This document shows, in pieces, positions 17,884 through 27,789 of a DNA stretch of 37,941 nt. This stretch comes from a bacterium. GTDB lineage: Bacteria; SZUA-182; DTGQ01; JAFGSM01. The stretch covers positions 1 to 37,941 of the forward strand of contig JBLIRN010000007.1 of assembly GCA_049472315.1 (NCBI GenBank). The letters are read 5' to 3'. Under the pieces are notes generated by a model. That model was not told where the DNA came from. It saw only the letters and a program-made list of their open reading frames with translations, and made no database searches. The number at the start of each line of letters is the position of its first letter. Position 1 is the first letter of the stretch. Position numbers and translations under genes: made by a program.

Positions 17884-20800
17884 CTACCCTTCAAGGTAAA
17901 AGGCGTCCTTTCCCAGCAACTTCTCAATCTCTTTGAAAAACGGCTCTTCAGGTTCAATCCTGATCTTCGACTCCGGCTTCAATACCACCTCGTCCCCCCG
18001 GGCACTGGCGAGGTGGAGATAGAGGTGGCAGTTCCCCCGGTGCTGATAGCACAGATGGTGGAGCCGGGTGAGGGATTCCTCGGTCAGGTCCGGAATGAAC
18101 ATCCTCAGATGGATGTTCTTGGCAAAGTGCTTGTCCGCATCCTCGAGGCTGACCACCTCCGCAGCGGTGACCTTGGCGATGTCCTCCTTGATATCCACCG
18201 TGCCCTGAATGATGAGCGGGGCCTCATTCTCGATCAGGGGGAGGCAGGCGCCATACTGCTCCGGGAAGAGGATGACCTCCACCGTACCGTAGAGGTCCTC
18301 CAGGTTTGCAAACCCCATCCGTTCCCCCTTTTTGGTGGTGATTTCCTTGGTGATGGTCAGAAGCCCGCCAAGGCTCACCTTGTCCCCATCCTTTGCGTTG
18401 ACCAGATTCTGGGATGAATGGGTGGCGTACTTGCGGATCTGCTTGCTGTGGCGTTCGAGCGGATGCCCGGTGAGATAGAATCCCAGGACATCCTTCTCCG
18501 CGGTCAGCCGTTGCGACTCAGGCCACTCCGGGATATCGGGGAGCGGAATCTGTGCCTCCATAGGTACTTCCTTCCGGCTGTCGAGGGAAAACAGTCCGAT
18601 CTGACGGCTCTGGGAGGCCCTCTGAGCCTGCTGGGCAAGATCCACCGCCTGATCCAGGACCGCCATCATCTGCGAGCGCCTCACCTTCAGGGAATCGAAG
18701 GCCCCGCAATTGATCAGGCTTTCGATCACCCGCTTGTTGACCACCCGCAGGTCCACCTTCCTGCAAAAATCAATCAGGGAGGTGAACGCCCCCTGCTGCT
18801 CCCGTGCATCCAGGATGGCCCTCACCGCGGTCTCACCCACATTTTTGACCGCAGCCAGGCCGAAACGGATGTGATCCTTCACCACCCGGAAGCTTACCGA
18901 GCTCTCGTTGACATCCGGGGGGAGGGTCTTGATATTCATCTCGCGCGCCTCGGCGATATATTTGACGATCTTGTCGGTATTTTCCATTTCACTGGTGAGG
19001 AGTGCGGCCATGAACTCCACCGGATAGTGGGCCTTGAGATAGGCCGTCTGGTAGGAGATGAGGGCGTATGCCGCGCTGTGGGACTTGTTGAACCCGTAGC
19101 CGGCAAAAAAGGACATGAGGTCGAAGATCTTCTGGGCCAGATCGTCCTTGATCCCGTTCTTTCTTGTGCCTTCCAGGAAATGCGCCCGCTGCTGGTCCAT
19201 GACCTCCTGTTTCTTCTTCCCCATGGCCCTCCTCAGGAGATCGGCCTGTCCCAGGGTAAATCCCGCCAACTCCGAGGCGATCTGCATGACCTGCTCCTGG
19301 TACACGATGATCCCGTAGGTCTCCTTGAGGATCTTCTTCAGCTTGGGGTGGTCGTAGGTGATCTCCACATTGCCGTGTTTTCGCTTGATGAAATCGTCCA
19401 CCATGCCGCTTCCCAAAGGACCGGGCCGAAACAGGGCGACCAGTGCGATGAGGTCCTCGAAGGTCTCCGGCTTGAGCCTGCGCAGGAGGTCACGCATGCC
19501 CGTGCTCTCGAGCTGGAACACCCCCACGGTACGCGCCGATTTGAGAAGATTGAAGGTCTTTCGGTCCTTCATGGAGATGGCGCCCAAATCGATCTGCTCT
19601 CCCCTGGATTCCTTGATCAGCTTGAGGGTTTCCTGAATAACGGTGAGGGTCCGCAGCCCCAGGAAATCCATCTTCAAGAGGCCGATCTTCTCCACATCCC
19701 CCATGGTAAACTGCGTCACCACCTCACCCTTCTGCCCGCGATACAGGGGAAGGTATTCCACCAGTGGTTTGGGGGTGATGACAATGCCCGCGGCATGGGT
19801 GGATGCATGACGGGCCAAGCCCTCCAGGGCCTGGCTTATCTGGAAGAGCCGGGCGATCTCGGGGTTGCTCTGGATGAGGTTCTTGAGGCGCGGCTCCATA
19901 TTGATGGCATCCTTGAGGGTGATCTTGAGGATGTTGGGGATCATCTTGGCCAGCTTGTCCACCTCCCCGTACGACATCCCGAGCACCCTTCCCACGTCCC
20001 GCACCACCCCCTTCGCCGCCATGGTTCCGAAGGTGATGATCTGGGCCACATTCTCCGTGCCGTATTTGCGGGTGACATAGTCGATCACCTCGTCCCTGCG
20101 ATTCATGCAGAAATCCACGTCGATATCCGGCATGCTCACCCGCTCGGGATTGAGGAAGCGTTCGAACAGGAGGCCATACCTGAGGGGGTCCAGGTCGGTG
20201 ATGCCCAGGCAATAGGCAACCAGGCTCCCCGCAGCGGACCCGCGTCCCGGACCGACCGGGATGCCCTGCTGCTTGCCATAGTTGATAAAATCCCACACGA
20301 TAAGAAAATAGCCGGGATATCCCATGCTCGCGATGATCTCGAGCTCCTTTTCCAGCCGCTCCTTGATCTCCTCCCCCCTGCGCCGGTCCCCCTCCGTCTT
20401 GTCCTGGTCATCCAGCCATGGATATCTTTTGGCAAGACCCTCATAGGCCAGTTTTCGCAGGTATTCATCGAGGCTCATGCCGTCGGGGGGCTCGTACAGG
20501 GGAAGATGAAGTCTGCCGAATTCTATGTCCACGTTGCAGCGCTCGGCGATGGAGCGTGTGTTGTCGATCGCCTCCTGATGGTCCCTGAACAGATCGATCA
20601 TCTCCTCAGGGCTCCGAAGGTAGAATCGATCGCTCATCATGGTCATCCGCTTGGGATCATCCATGGTCTTCCCGGTCTGGAGGCAAAGGAGCACGTCGTG
20701 GGCCGCGGCATCCTCCCTGCGAAGATAGTGGCAGTCATTGGTGGCCACGATCCCCAGACCCATCTCCTTTGCAATGGCAATCAGCTCCGGGTTGACCCTC

Positions 20801-21354
20801 TTCTGCTCGGGGATGCCGTTGTCCATCACTTCGATAAAGAAGTTCCCCTGGCCGAAGATGGCCCGGTATTCCTCCGCAACCCTCCGCGCATCCTTTTCCT
20901 TTCCCGCCAGGATGAGGCTGGAGATCTCACCCTTCAGGCACGCGCTCATGCCGATCAATCCCGTGCTGTACTGGGTGAGGATCTCCTTGTCGATCCGGGG
21001 GCGGTAGTAGAATCCCTCCAGGTATCCTGCGGAAACCAGACGTACGAGGTTATAGTACCCCTCGTTGTTCTCGGCGAGGAGGAGAAGATGGCAGGCTGCC
21101 TCGTGGATGCTGTGGCTCGATTTGTCGAAGCGGCTTCCGGGCGCCATGTACATCTCGCACCCGATGATCGGCTTGATTCCCCGCTTTTTCGCCTCCTTGT
21201 AGAATTCGATCACCCCGAACATGGCGCCGTGGTCGGTAATGGCAAGGGAATCCATGCCGAAGGACCGGGCCTGATCGAGCATCTGGTCGATCCTGCACGC
21301 CCCGTCAAGGAGGCTGTATGAGGTGTGGTTATGGAGATGGACGAATCCGGACAT
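17884..21354 (-). CDS. dnaE: DNA polymerase III alpha subunit
   Basis: PHP domain FVHLHNHTSYSLLDG / TDHG, GPGRGSAAGS, ERVSMPDIDVDF, GLLKMDFLGL, GYGFNKSH, clamp-binding-like QIGLF and C-terminal OB fold. Confidence 0.99.
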   Translation of the reverse strand: MSGFVHLHNHTSYSLLDGACRIDQMLDQARSFGMDSLAITDHGAMFGVIEFYKEAKKRGIKPIIGCEMYMAPGSRFDKSSHSIHEAACHLLLLAENNEGYYNLVRLVSAGYLEGFYYRPRIDKEILTQYSTGLIGMSACLKGEISSLILAGKEKDARRVAEEYRAIFGQGNFFIEVMDNGIPEQKRVNPELIAIAKEMGLGIVATNDCHYLRREDAAAHDVLLCLQTGKTMDDPKRMTMMSDRFYLRSPEEMIDLFRDHQEAIDNTRSIAERCNVDIEFGRLHLPLYEPPDGMSLDEYLRKLAYEGLAKRYPWLDDQDKTEGDRRRGEEIKERLEKELEIIASMGYPGYFLIVWDFINYGKQQGIPVGPGRGSAAGSLVAYCLGITDLDPLRYGLLFERFLNPERVSMPDIDVDFCMNRRDEVIDYVTRKYGTENVAQIITFGTMAAKGVVRDVGRVLGMSYGEVDKLAKMIPNILKITLKDAINMEPRLKNLIQSNPEIARLFQISQALEGLARHASTHAAGIVITPKPLVEYLPLYRGQKGEVVTQFTMGDVEKIGLLKMDFLGLRTLTVIQETLKLIKESRGEQIDLGAISMKDRKTFNLLKSARTVGVFQLESTGMRDLLRRLKPETFEDLIALVALFRPGPLGSGMVDDFIKRKHGNVEITYDHPKLKKILKETYGIIVYQEQVMQIASELAGFTLGQADLLRRAMGKKKQEVMDQQRAHFLEGTRKNGIKDDLAQKIFDLMSFFAGYGFNKSHSAAYALISYQTAYLKAHYPVEFMAALLTSEMENTDKIVKYIAEAREMNIKTLPPDVNESSVSFRVVKDHIRFGLAAVKNVGETAVRAILDAREQQGAFTSLIDFCRKVDLRVVNKRVIESLINCGAFDSLKVRRSQMMAVLDQAVDLAQQAQRASQSRQIGLFSLDSRKEVPMEAQIPLPDIPEWPESQRLTAEKDVLGFYLTGHPLERHSKQIRKYATHSSQNLVNAKDGDKVSLGGLLTITKEITTKKGERMGFANLEDLYGTVEVILFPEQYGACLPLIENEAPLIIQGTVDIKEDIAKVTAAEVVSLEDADKHFAKNIHLRMFIPDLTEESLTRLHHLCYQHRGNCHLYLHLASARGDEVVLKPESKIRIEPEEPFFKEIEKLLGKDAFYLEG

Positions 21355-21374
21355 GACGCGTGATCCCTACCCTA

Positions 21375-21536
21375 TTATTCCTCTTTTTCGAATTGATCCT
21401 TGGTGGCCCCGCACACCGGGCATACCCAGTCGTCCGGGAGATCCTCAAAGGCGGTTCCGGGCTCGATCCCCGAATCGGGGTCGCCTTCCTCAGGATCATA
21501 GACATAGCCGCACACGGTGCATACATATCGATCCAT
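21375..21536 (-). CDS. Rubredoxin
   Basis: 53 aa, [12 protein letters not shown]...[19 protein letters not shown] before ATG 21536. Confidence 0.97.
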   Translation of the reverse strand: MDRYVCTVCGYVYDPEEGDPDSGIEPGTAFEDLPDDWVCPVCGATKDQFEKEE

Positions 21537-21584
21537 TGCCAATCCTCCTTTGGTAGTATTGTAGTTACTCAATACCTATTCTTT

Positions 21585-22487
21585 TTACCTGTTTTTGCTG
21601 ATATATTCAAATGCCCGCAATGCTGCCTTGGCACCCTCGCCGCAGGCGACGATGATCTGCTTTGCCGGCACATTGGTCACATCCCCTGCCGCGAAGATGC
21701 CCTGAACCGTGGTTTCCGATTTGCAGTTGATGATGATCTCACCGTGCCCATTTTTTTCCACATCCCGGACGAAATCGGAGACCGGGGTTGAACCGATTTC
21801 AACGAAGACCCCCTGGACAGGCAGCTCTTCGCTCTTACCTTCCCGCGACAGGGTGATCCCATCGAGGAACTTGCCGCCGAATATCCTCTCCACTCTGGTA
21901 TCGTGGTATATGGTCACCTTCTCGCTCGCCTCCGCCTTCTCGACCATGATCGGATCCGCGCTCAGGCGTGGGGCGATATCGATAAGATGGATCTTCCCGG
22001 CGATCTTTGTCAATTGTAAAACGGCATCCAGAGCGGAATTCCCACCGCCGACCACCGCGACGTCCATGTCCGCAAAAAGGGGCCCGTCGCAGGTGGCACA
22101 GTAGGTAACCCCCTTGTTCCGGAATGTCTCCTCTCCCTCGACACCGAGATGCCGTGGTTTTCTGCCTGATGCGACAACAACGGTCTTCGCCTCATACCTG
22201 CCTTTATTTGTCTCCACGATCAGGCGGTCTCCATCCCTTTGTACCAGGGTCACCTCCTCGCCCTCATTGACTGCTACGTGAAACTTCTCGAGATGCTCCT
22301 TGAACTTCTGGACCAGTTCCTCACCGGTGATGAACTGATAGCCGATGAAATTTTCTATGTCCCAACTGTATATGGTCTGCCCCCCGATGTCCCCGGTTAT
22401 GACCAGGAAATCCATTCGCTTGCGGGCCGCATACACGCTGGCGGTGATCCCCGCAGGTCCGGCGCCCACGATTATCAGATCATACAT
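21585..22487 (-). CDS. Thioredoxin reductase-like flavoprotein (TrxB / AhpF C-terminal type)
   Basis: GAGPAG FAD motif, GGQ, redox CATCDG, VVGGGNSA and GIFAAGDVT. Confidence 0.93.
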   Translation of the reverse strand: MYDLIIVGAGPAGITASVYAARKRMDFLVITGDIGGQTIYSWDIENFIGYQFITGEELVQKFKEHLEKFHVAVNEGEEVTLVQRDGDRLIVETNKGRYEAKTVVVASGRKPRHLGVEGEETFRNKGVTYCATCDGPLFADMDVAVVGGGNSALDAVLQLTKIAGKIHLIDIAPRLSADPIMVEKAEASEKVTIYHDTRVERIFGGKFLDGITLSREGKSEELPVQGVFVEIGSTPVSDFVRDVEKNGHGEIIINCKSETTVQGIFAAGDVTNVPAKQIIVACGEGAKAALRAFEYISKNR

Positions 22488-22504
22488 GATTCCGGTGCCC
22501 CCTG

Positions 22505-22738
22505 TCAGCCCTCGAGTGCCTTGGTTATCTTCTCCTTTTCAAAACCCACGATGATGGTACCCTCTATGTCCACCACGGGAACGCCCATCTGCCCGGACTT
22601 TTCCCGCATTTCCAGTACCGCCTCCCTGCTGCTCCCCACATCGATGGTTTCAAAGGGGATCCCTTTTTCCTTGAGAAATTCCTTGACCTTTTTACAGTAA
22701 GGACATGTTTGGGTGGAATAGACCATCACCTTCTTCAT
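22505..22738 (-). CDS. Glutaredoxin-like protein (NrdH/YruB type)
   Basis: 77 aa, VYSTQTCPYC, SGQMGVPVV and IIVGF. Start ATG 22738 with GGAAGGAG upstream. Confidence 0.93.
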   Translation of the reverse strand: MKKVMVYSTQTCPYCKKVKEFLKEKGIPFETIDVGSSREAVLEMREKSGQMGVPVVDIEGTIIVGFEKEKITKALEG

Positions 22739-22857
22739 AATATGCACTCCTTCCAATTGAGATAGAGGTCACACAAGATTTTTGATATTCCCTCCTCCCC
22801 TTGAGAAAACCGCGATCCGATCATTTTTCTCGATTCAAGAGCCGATCTTCAGCCATC

Positions 22858-24405
22858 TCACTCCCACTCGATGGTGCTCGGCGGCTTGGAGCTCAAATCA
22901 TACACCACCCGGTTGACCCCTGCCACCTCGTTAATGATCCGGTTGGAAATACTCCCCATGAGATCATAGGGGAGCCTGACCCAATCCGCAGTCATTCCAT
23001 CCTGGCTGGTCACAGCCCGCAGGGCGATTACATGGTCATACGTACGTTCGTCACCCATTACCCCGACGGTCCGGACAGGGAGCAACACGGCAAAGGACTG
23101 CCAGATCTTCTCGTATAGACCGGCATCCTTGATCTCTTCCAGCACAATGGCATCGGCCTGGCGCAGGATCTCCAGCCGCTGCCGGGTGACCTCGCCCAGG
23201 ACCCTGATCGCAAGACCCGGTCCGGGAAAGGGCTGGCGGTTGATGATCTCCTCGGGCAAGCCGAGCTCCCGCCCCACCATCCTCACCTCGTCCTTGAACA
23301 GCTCGCGCAAGGGCTCGATGAGCTTCAGGTTCATCTTCTCGGGCAGCCCGCCCACATTGTGGTGGGACTTGATGGTGGCCGAGGGACCCTTGACGGAGAC
23401 ACTCTCGATGACATCAGGATAAAGGGTGCCCTGGGCCAGGAACTCCACACCGGGGATCTTCTTTGCCTCCTCCTCGAAGAGGAATATGAACTCGTTGCCG
23501 ATGATCTTCCGCTTCTGCTCGGGATCGGTCACCCCCTGCAGCCTGGTGAGGAAACGGTCCTCGGCGTCTATATAGACCAGGTTGATGTGAAAATGCTCCT
23601 CAAAGGTCTGGCGGACCTTCCATTCCTCCCCCATTCTCAGGAGACCGTTGTTGACGAAGATGCAGGTAAGCTGGTTCCCGATCGCCTTATGAATCATAAG
23701 GGAGGTCACCGAGGAATCAACCCCGCCGCTCAGGGCGCAGATGACCTTGGATGTCCCCGCCCTTTTTCTGATCTCCTCGACCGTATAGTCAATGAAGGAG
23801 GCCATGGTCCAGGTGGGGTGGCAGTCACAAATGCGAAAGAGGTAGTTCTGAATGATGCGATCACCGTCAGGGGTATGGGCGACCTCCGGATGAAACTGGA
23901 CCCCGAAGATAGGTTTGTCCTTGTCCCTCATGACGGCGGTTTGTGAATTTTCCGTTGTTGCAATGGAGATGAAGCCGGAAGGGGGTTCAACGACCCGGTC
24001 GGCATGGCTCATCCATACCTGATGCGTGCCCTGGTCGAATCCGTAAAAGAGGTCGGCATATTCGGCAATCCGCAGCCGCGCGTGTCCGTATTCCCTCCGT
24101 TGTGCCTTCAGGACCTTCCCTCCCAGCATGTAGGCGAGAAGCTGCATTCCATAGCAGATACCCAGAATGGGAAACTCACCTCCGAGAATCCTTGTGTCGG
24201 GAAGGGGTGCCTCGGTCTCATAGACGCTGTGGGGGCCTCCGGAAAGGATGATCCCCTTGGGACCCTGCCGCTTGATCTCCTCATAGGGAGTGGTGTAGGG
24301 AAGGATCTCGCAGTACACCCTGTTTTCCCTGACCCTTCGGGCGATGAGCTGGCTGTACTGGGAGCCGAAGTCGAGGATGATGATCTTTTCCGCATGGATG
24401 TTCAT
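22858..24405 (-). CDS. guaA: GMP synthase (glutamine-hydrolysing)
   Basis: [38 protein letters not shown] and KPPSTIEWE. Confidence 0.99.
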   Translation of the reverse strand: MNIHAEKIIILDFGSQYSQLIARRVRENRVYCEILPYTTPYEEIKRQGPKGIILSGGPHSVYETEAPLPDTRILGGEFPILGICYGMQLLAYMLGGKVLKAQRREYGHARLRIAEYADLFYGFDQGTHQVWMSHADRVVEPPSGFISIATTENSQTAVMRDKDKPIFGVQFHPEVAHTPDGDRIIQNYLFRICDCHPTWTMASFIDYTVEEIRKRAGTSKVICALSGGVDSSVTSLMIHKAIGNQLTCIFVNNGLLRMGEEWKVRQTFEEHFHINLVYIDAEDRFLTRLQGVTDPEQKRKIIGNEFIFLFEEEAKKIPGVEFLAQGTLYPDVIESVSVKGPSATIKSHHNVGGLPEKMNLKLIEPLRELFKDEVRMVGRELGLPEEIINRQPFPGPGLAIRVLGEVTRQRLEILRQADAIVLEEIKDAGLYEKIWQSFAVLLPVRTVGVMGDERTYDHVIALRAVTSQDGMTADWVRLPYDLMGSISNRIINEVAGVNRVVYDLSSKPPSTIEWE

Positions 24406-24408
24406 GGA

Positions 24409-25569
24409 TTACTTACCCATACCCACCCGCTGGAACTTCTGAAATACCTTTCCCTCCGTTTTTATGGCGGGTGCGATAATCAACTCGGTCATCTGCATCT
24501 CCCTGATATTCGTGGCGCCGCAGTTCCCCATCGCCGTTTTCAGGGCGCCCACCAGATTCTGGGAGCCGTCATCAAGAACCGCAGGTCCGTAGAGAATCTG
24601 TTCGAGGGTTCCGGTGGTGCCGACATGGATACGCGTTCCCCGGGGGAGGTTGGCATGGGGGGTGGCCATTCCCCAGTGATGTCCCCTTCCGGGGGCCTCC
24701 TTGGCCCTGGCGAATGCGGACCCGATCATGACCGCGTCCGCCCCGCACGCGATCGCCTTGCATACGTCGCCTCCCACGCTCATTCCGCCATCGGTGATGA
24801 TGGGGACGTATCGCCCGCTCTTTTTGTAGTGAAAGTCACGGGCAGCAGCCGAATCACAGGTGGCGGTCACCTGAGGCACACCGATTCCGAGAACCCCCCT
24901 GGTGGTGCAGGCGGCACCGGGCCCCACCCCGATCAGGAGCGCATCCACCCCCTGCTCCATGAGGTCGAGGGCAACCTCATAGGTGACGCAATTGCCGGCG
25001 ATTATGGGTATCTTGATCTCCTCGCACAGCGTTTTGAGGTTCGCCACCTCGTATTCCGTGCTTATGTGCTGCACGGTGAGGACCGTGGACTGGATGACAA
25101 AGATATCCGCCCCAGCCTCCTGGGCAATGTGGGCAAACTGATACGACCGGGTGGGAATGGCGGACACCACCGCGGGTGCCTTTCCTGCCTTGATCTCCTG
25201 TATCCTTTTCCCGATCAGTTCCTCCTTGATCGGCCTGGTGTAAATGTTCTGGATGATCTTCGTCGCATCCTCGTTGCTCGCCGATGCAATCTCGTCAAGG
25301 ATACTGTTGGGGTCCTCGTATCTGGTTTGCACCCCCTCCAGATTGAGGACGGCGATTCCCCCCTGTCGACCCATCGCTATTGCCATTCTCGTATCCACCA
25401 CGCCGTCCATGGCGGCAGCAAGAAAAGGAAGCCCGAATTTTCTCCCCTTGATCTCCCAGGAGATATCAACCTCATTCGGATTTATGGTCACCCTTCCCGG
25501 CACCAGGGCGATATCGTCAAACCCATAGCACCGCCTGGCCTTCCGGCCCCTGCCTACCCACATACCCAT
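24409..25569 (-). CDS. guaB: IMP dehydrogenase family protein, GuaB3 type (no CBS domains)
   Basis: [23 protein letters not shown], catalytic loop [32 protein letters not shown]. Lies 3 nt from guaA. Confidence 0.92.
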   Translation of the reverse strand: MGMWVGRGRKARRCYGFDDIALVPGRVTINPNEVDISWEIKGRKFGLPFLAAAMDGVVDTRMAIAMGRQGGIAVLNLEGVQTRYEDPNSILDEIASASNEDATKIIQNIYTRPIKEELIGKRIQEIKAGKAPAVVSAIPTRSYQFAHIAQEAGADIFVIQSTVLTVQHISTEYEVANLKTLCEEIKIPIIAGNCVTYEVALDLMEQGVDALLIGVGPGAACTTRGVLGIGVPQVTATCDSAAARDFHYKKSGRYVPIITDGGMSVGGDVCKAIACGADAVMIGSAFARAKEAPGRGHHWGMATPHANLPRGTRIHVGTTGTLEQILYGPAVLDDGSQNLVGALKTAMGNCGATNIREMQMTELIIAPAIKTEGKVFQKFQRVGMGK

Positions 25570-25854
25570 GATGTTTTTCCCCCTTTCAAAGGCCTCCGAT
25601 TACCCTTGATATCGAGCGGTTTCGTATAATCAGACATGATGCATGGTTAGGAAATGTACGCCATCCCCGGGAACAATTCGAATCGTGCATCATTGAGATA
25701 CTCATTCGACAAAGCGAGGCAGCCATTCCTTTATGCATTCGGCGGATATGGTCCGATGGTGATCCTCATGGTGAATGCGCGGATTCCATATCCGTATTCT
25801 TCACAGAAGGGATCTACATACAGAAAGATCGTATTCTCTATGGAAAAATTGAGT

Positions 25855-25932
25855 TGGCGTCCCCAGGGGGATTCGAACCCCCGTCGTCGCCGTGAAAGGG
25901 CGATGTCCTTGACCGGGCTAGACGATGGGGAC
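25855..25932 (-). tRNA. tRNA-Glu (TTC)
   Basis: GTCCCCATCGTCTAG...CCCT-TTC-ACGG...GGTTCGAATCCCCCTGGGGACGCCA. 78 nt cloverleaf with encoded CCA. Confidence 0.97.
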
Positions 25933-25943
25933 GCTTATAATGC

Positions 25944-26019
25944 TGGTGAGCCGTGCTGGGATCGAACCAGCGACCCTCTGCTTAAAAGGCAGATGCTCTA
26001 CCGACTGAGCTAACGGCTC
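25944..26019 (-). tRNA. tRNA-Lys (TTT)
   Basis: GAGCCGTTAGCTCAGTCGGTAGAGCATCTGCCT-TTT-AAGCAGAGGGTCGCTGGTTCGATCCCAGCACGGCTCACCA. 76 nt with encoded CCA. Confidence 0.97.
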
Positions 26020-26052
26020 TCACCCATTTCCCAAATATAATAAAAGACCTAA

Positions 26053-26081
26053 ATTATAGCCTCATGGGGATGTCATGTCAA
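26053..26081 (-). promoter_or_regulatory. Consensus sigma70 promoter of the tRNA-Lys/tRNA-Glu pair
   Basis: Minus strand TTGACA (26081-26076), 17 bp, TATAAT (26058-26053), a perfect consensus directly after the purA stop. Confidence 0.85.
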
Positions 26082-26083
26082 TG

Positions 26084-27394
26084 TTATTTCCGAACGATCC
26101 AATTTTCAAGGGGAGAGCCTTCGACCCATATGGTGGTATCGCGGTCCGATCCAGTGGAAATAAGGGATATGGGGGTTTCGAGGATGTCCTCCAGGAAGCG
26201 GATATAGTCCTTCGCCTCCTGGGGGAGGAGGGCGTGGTCGATGCAACCGCTGCTTTTTTTCTGCCACCCTTTCATAGACTTGTATACCGGTTCGCCTTCG
26301 GTGATGATGCGGGGATCATAGGGGAATTCGGTAAAGGCCTCCCCCTTCCACCGGTATCCCACGCACACCTTTATGGAGGGGAGCGTATCCAGAACATCCA
26401 GCTTGGTCAGAGCGAGGGTATGTATCCCGTTGATCCTGACCGCATAGCGGGCCACCACCGAATCGAACCAGCCGCACCGCCGCCTCCTGCCTGTGGTCGC
26501 TCCGAATTCATTCCCCTGCTGCTGCAATATCTCCCCATCCTCATCGAAAAGTTCGGTGGGGAAAGGCCCATTGCCGACCCTGGTGGTATATGCCTTGACC
26601 ACCCCCAGCACCCCGTTTACCCGTGAAATCCCGATTCCCAATCCCGTGCATGCATTCGATGCCACACAATTGGATGAGGTGACGAATGGGTAGGTGCCAT
26701 GGTCGATATCCAGCATCGTCCCCTGGGCCCCCTCCATGAGGATGGACTTTCCGTCGTCCAGGGCGTTTTTGATGAAAAGGGAGGTGTCATGGATATATCC
26801 CTTGATGCGCTCCGCCAGGTCCAGGAGCTCATTCTTGACGAGGGGAAGGTCAAGGGGTGATTCACCGTAGATGTACTCCAAAATCCTGTTCAGCTCCTCT
26901 ATGTTGAGGCTGAGCTTCCTGACCAGGAGTTCCTCGTCCCTGAGGTCCCCCATGCAGATCCCCGTGCGTGCCATTTTATTTTCATAGGATGGCCCGATCC
27001 CCCTCCCGGTCGTGCCGATCCGCCTGTCCCCCCTGGCCGTTTCCCGAAGGTGTTCGAGTGTTTTGTGATAGGGCATGATGATGTGGGCACGCTCGCTGAT
27101 CATGAGATTTTCTCTGATCGGCACCCCTCTTTTTTCAAGGTCTTCGATCTCCGCGATCAGGGCGGATGGGTCCACCACCACGCCGTTGCCTATGATGCAT
27201 ATTTTACCCGCATGGAGGATACCGGTGGGGATGAGATGGAGTATATACTTGTTATCACCCAGATATACGGTATGGCCTGCATTGTGTCCGCCTTGAAAAC
27301 GGGCGATGATATCGAAATGCCGGGCGAGCAGATCGATGATCTTTCCCTTTCCCTCATCACCCCATTGGGTCCCTATCACCGCAATATTCGCCAT
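26084..27394 (-). CDS. purA: Adenylosuccinate synthetase
   Basis: QWGDEGKGK, GGHNAGHT, IGTTGRGIGPSY, EGAQG, GTYPFVTSS, GATTGRRRRCGWFD and TKLDVL. Confidence 0.99.
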   Translation of the reverse strand: MANIAVIGTQWGDEGKGKIIDLLARHFDIIARFQGGHNAGHTVYLGDNKYILHLIPTGILHAGKICIIGNGVVVDPSALIAEIEDLEKRGVPIRENLMISERAHIIMPYHKTLEHLRETARGDRRIGTTGRGIGPSYENKMARTGICMGDLRDEELLVRKLSLNIEELNRILEYIYGESPLDLPLVKNELLDLAERIKGYIHDTSLFIKNALDDGKSILMEGAQGTMLDIDHGTYPFVTSSNCVASNACTGLGIGISRVNGVLGVVKAYTTRVGNGPFPTELFDEDGEILQQQGNEFGATTGRRRRCGWFDSVVARYAVRINGIHTLALTKLDVLDTLPSIKVCVGYRWKGEAFTEFPYDPRIITEGEPVYKSMKGWQKKSSGCIDHALLPQEAKDYIRFLEDILETPISLISTGSDRDTTIWVEGSPLENWIVRK

Positions 27395-27498
27395 TCGATT
27401 CTCCAGTTAATGATTGCACCAAATTCATCGAAGAACTTATGAAGGCGGGCATCTATGAAGGTGCTTGACACACACCGCTCTTTCAGAAATCTTGAATA

Positions 27499-27527
27499 AA
27501 GATAACATGGCACATTCCGTCTGTCAA
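27499..27527 (-). promoter_or_regulatory. Candidate sigma70 promoter for purA
   Basis: Minus strand TTGACA (27527-27522), 17 bp, TGt-TATCTT (27504-27499). The -35 lies inside the palindrome CTGTCA-aa-TGACAG (27521-27534). Confidence 0.55.
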
Positions 27528-27581
27528 ATGACAGGGAGGAGTGATGCACCGTGCGCAGCATCGTTCCATTCAATAAAACGC

Positions 27582-27610
27582 TTGAGTAAATCGGTTTGAT
27601 ACCTTATAAT
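27582..27610 (+). promoter_or_regulatory. Candidate sigma70 promoter for the 352-aa hypothetical gene
   Basis: TTGAGT (27582-27587), 17 bp, TATAAT (27605-27610). Confidence 0.55.
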
Positions 27611-27789
27611 AAAAAACTTATACGTTTATCTGTTTACGCGCATACCAGGGAGGAGATCGATTGATTCAAATGCCCTTTGTTTTTCAAACAACACCCATGA
27701 TTTTCTATCACCGGAAGGGTTGAAATTTATAAAACAAATGATTAATTGAGAACTTTATATAAACTATAAAAAAATAGGGATACAACTAT

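Noticed and set aside
18418..21321. 967-aa plus-strand ORF
   Set aside because: Lies entirely antisense to dnaE and has no recognisable motifs. It is a typical shadow ORF caused by GC3-biased codon usage.
24004..25629. 541-aa plus-strand ORF
   Set aside because: Antisense shadow of guaA/guaB3.
25570..25860. Integrated element at the tRNA 3' end
   Set aside because: No integrase and no duplicated tRNA 3' end. Housekeeping guaB3 follows directly.
25654..26013. 119-aa plus-strand ORF
   Set aside because: Antisense to the two tRNA genes.
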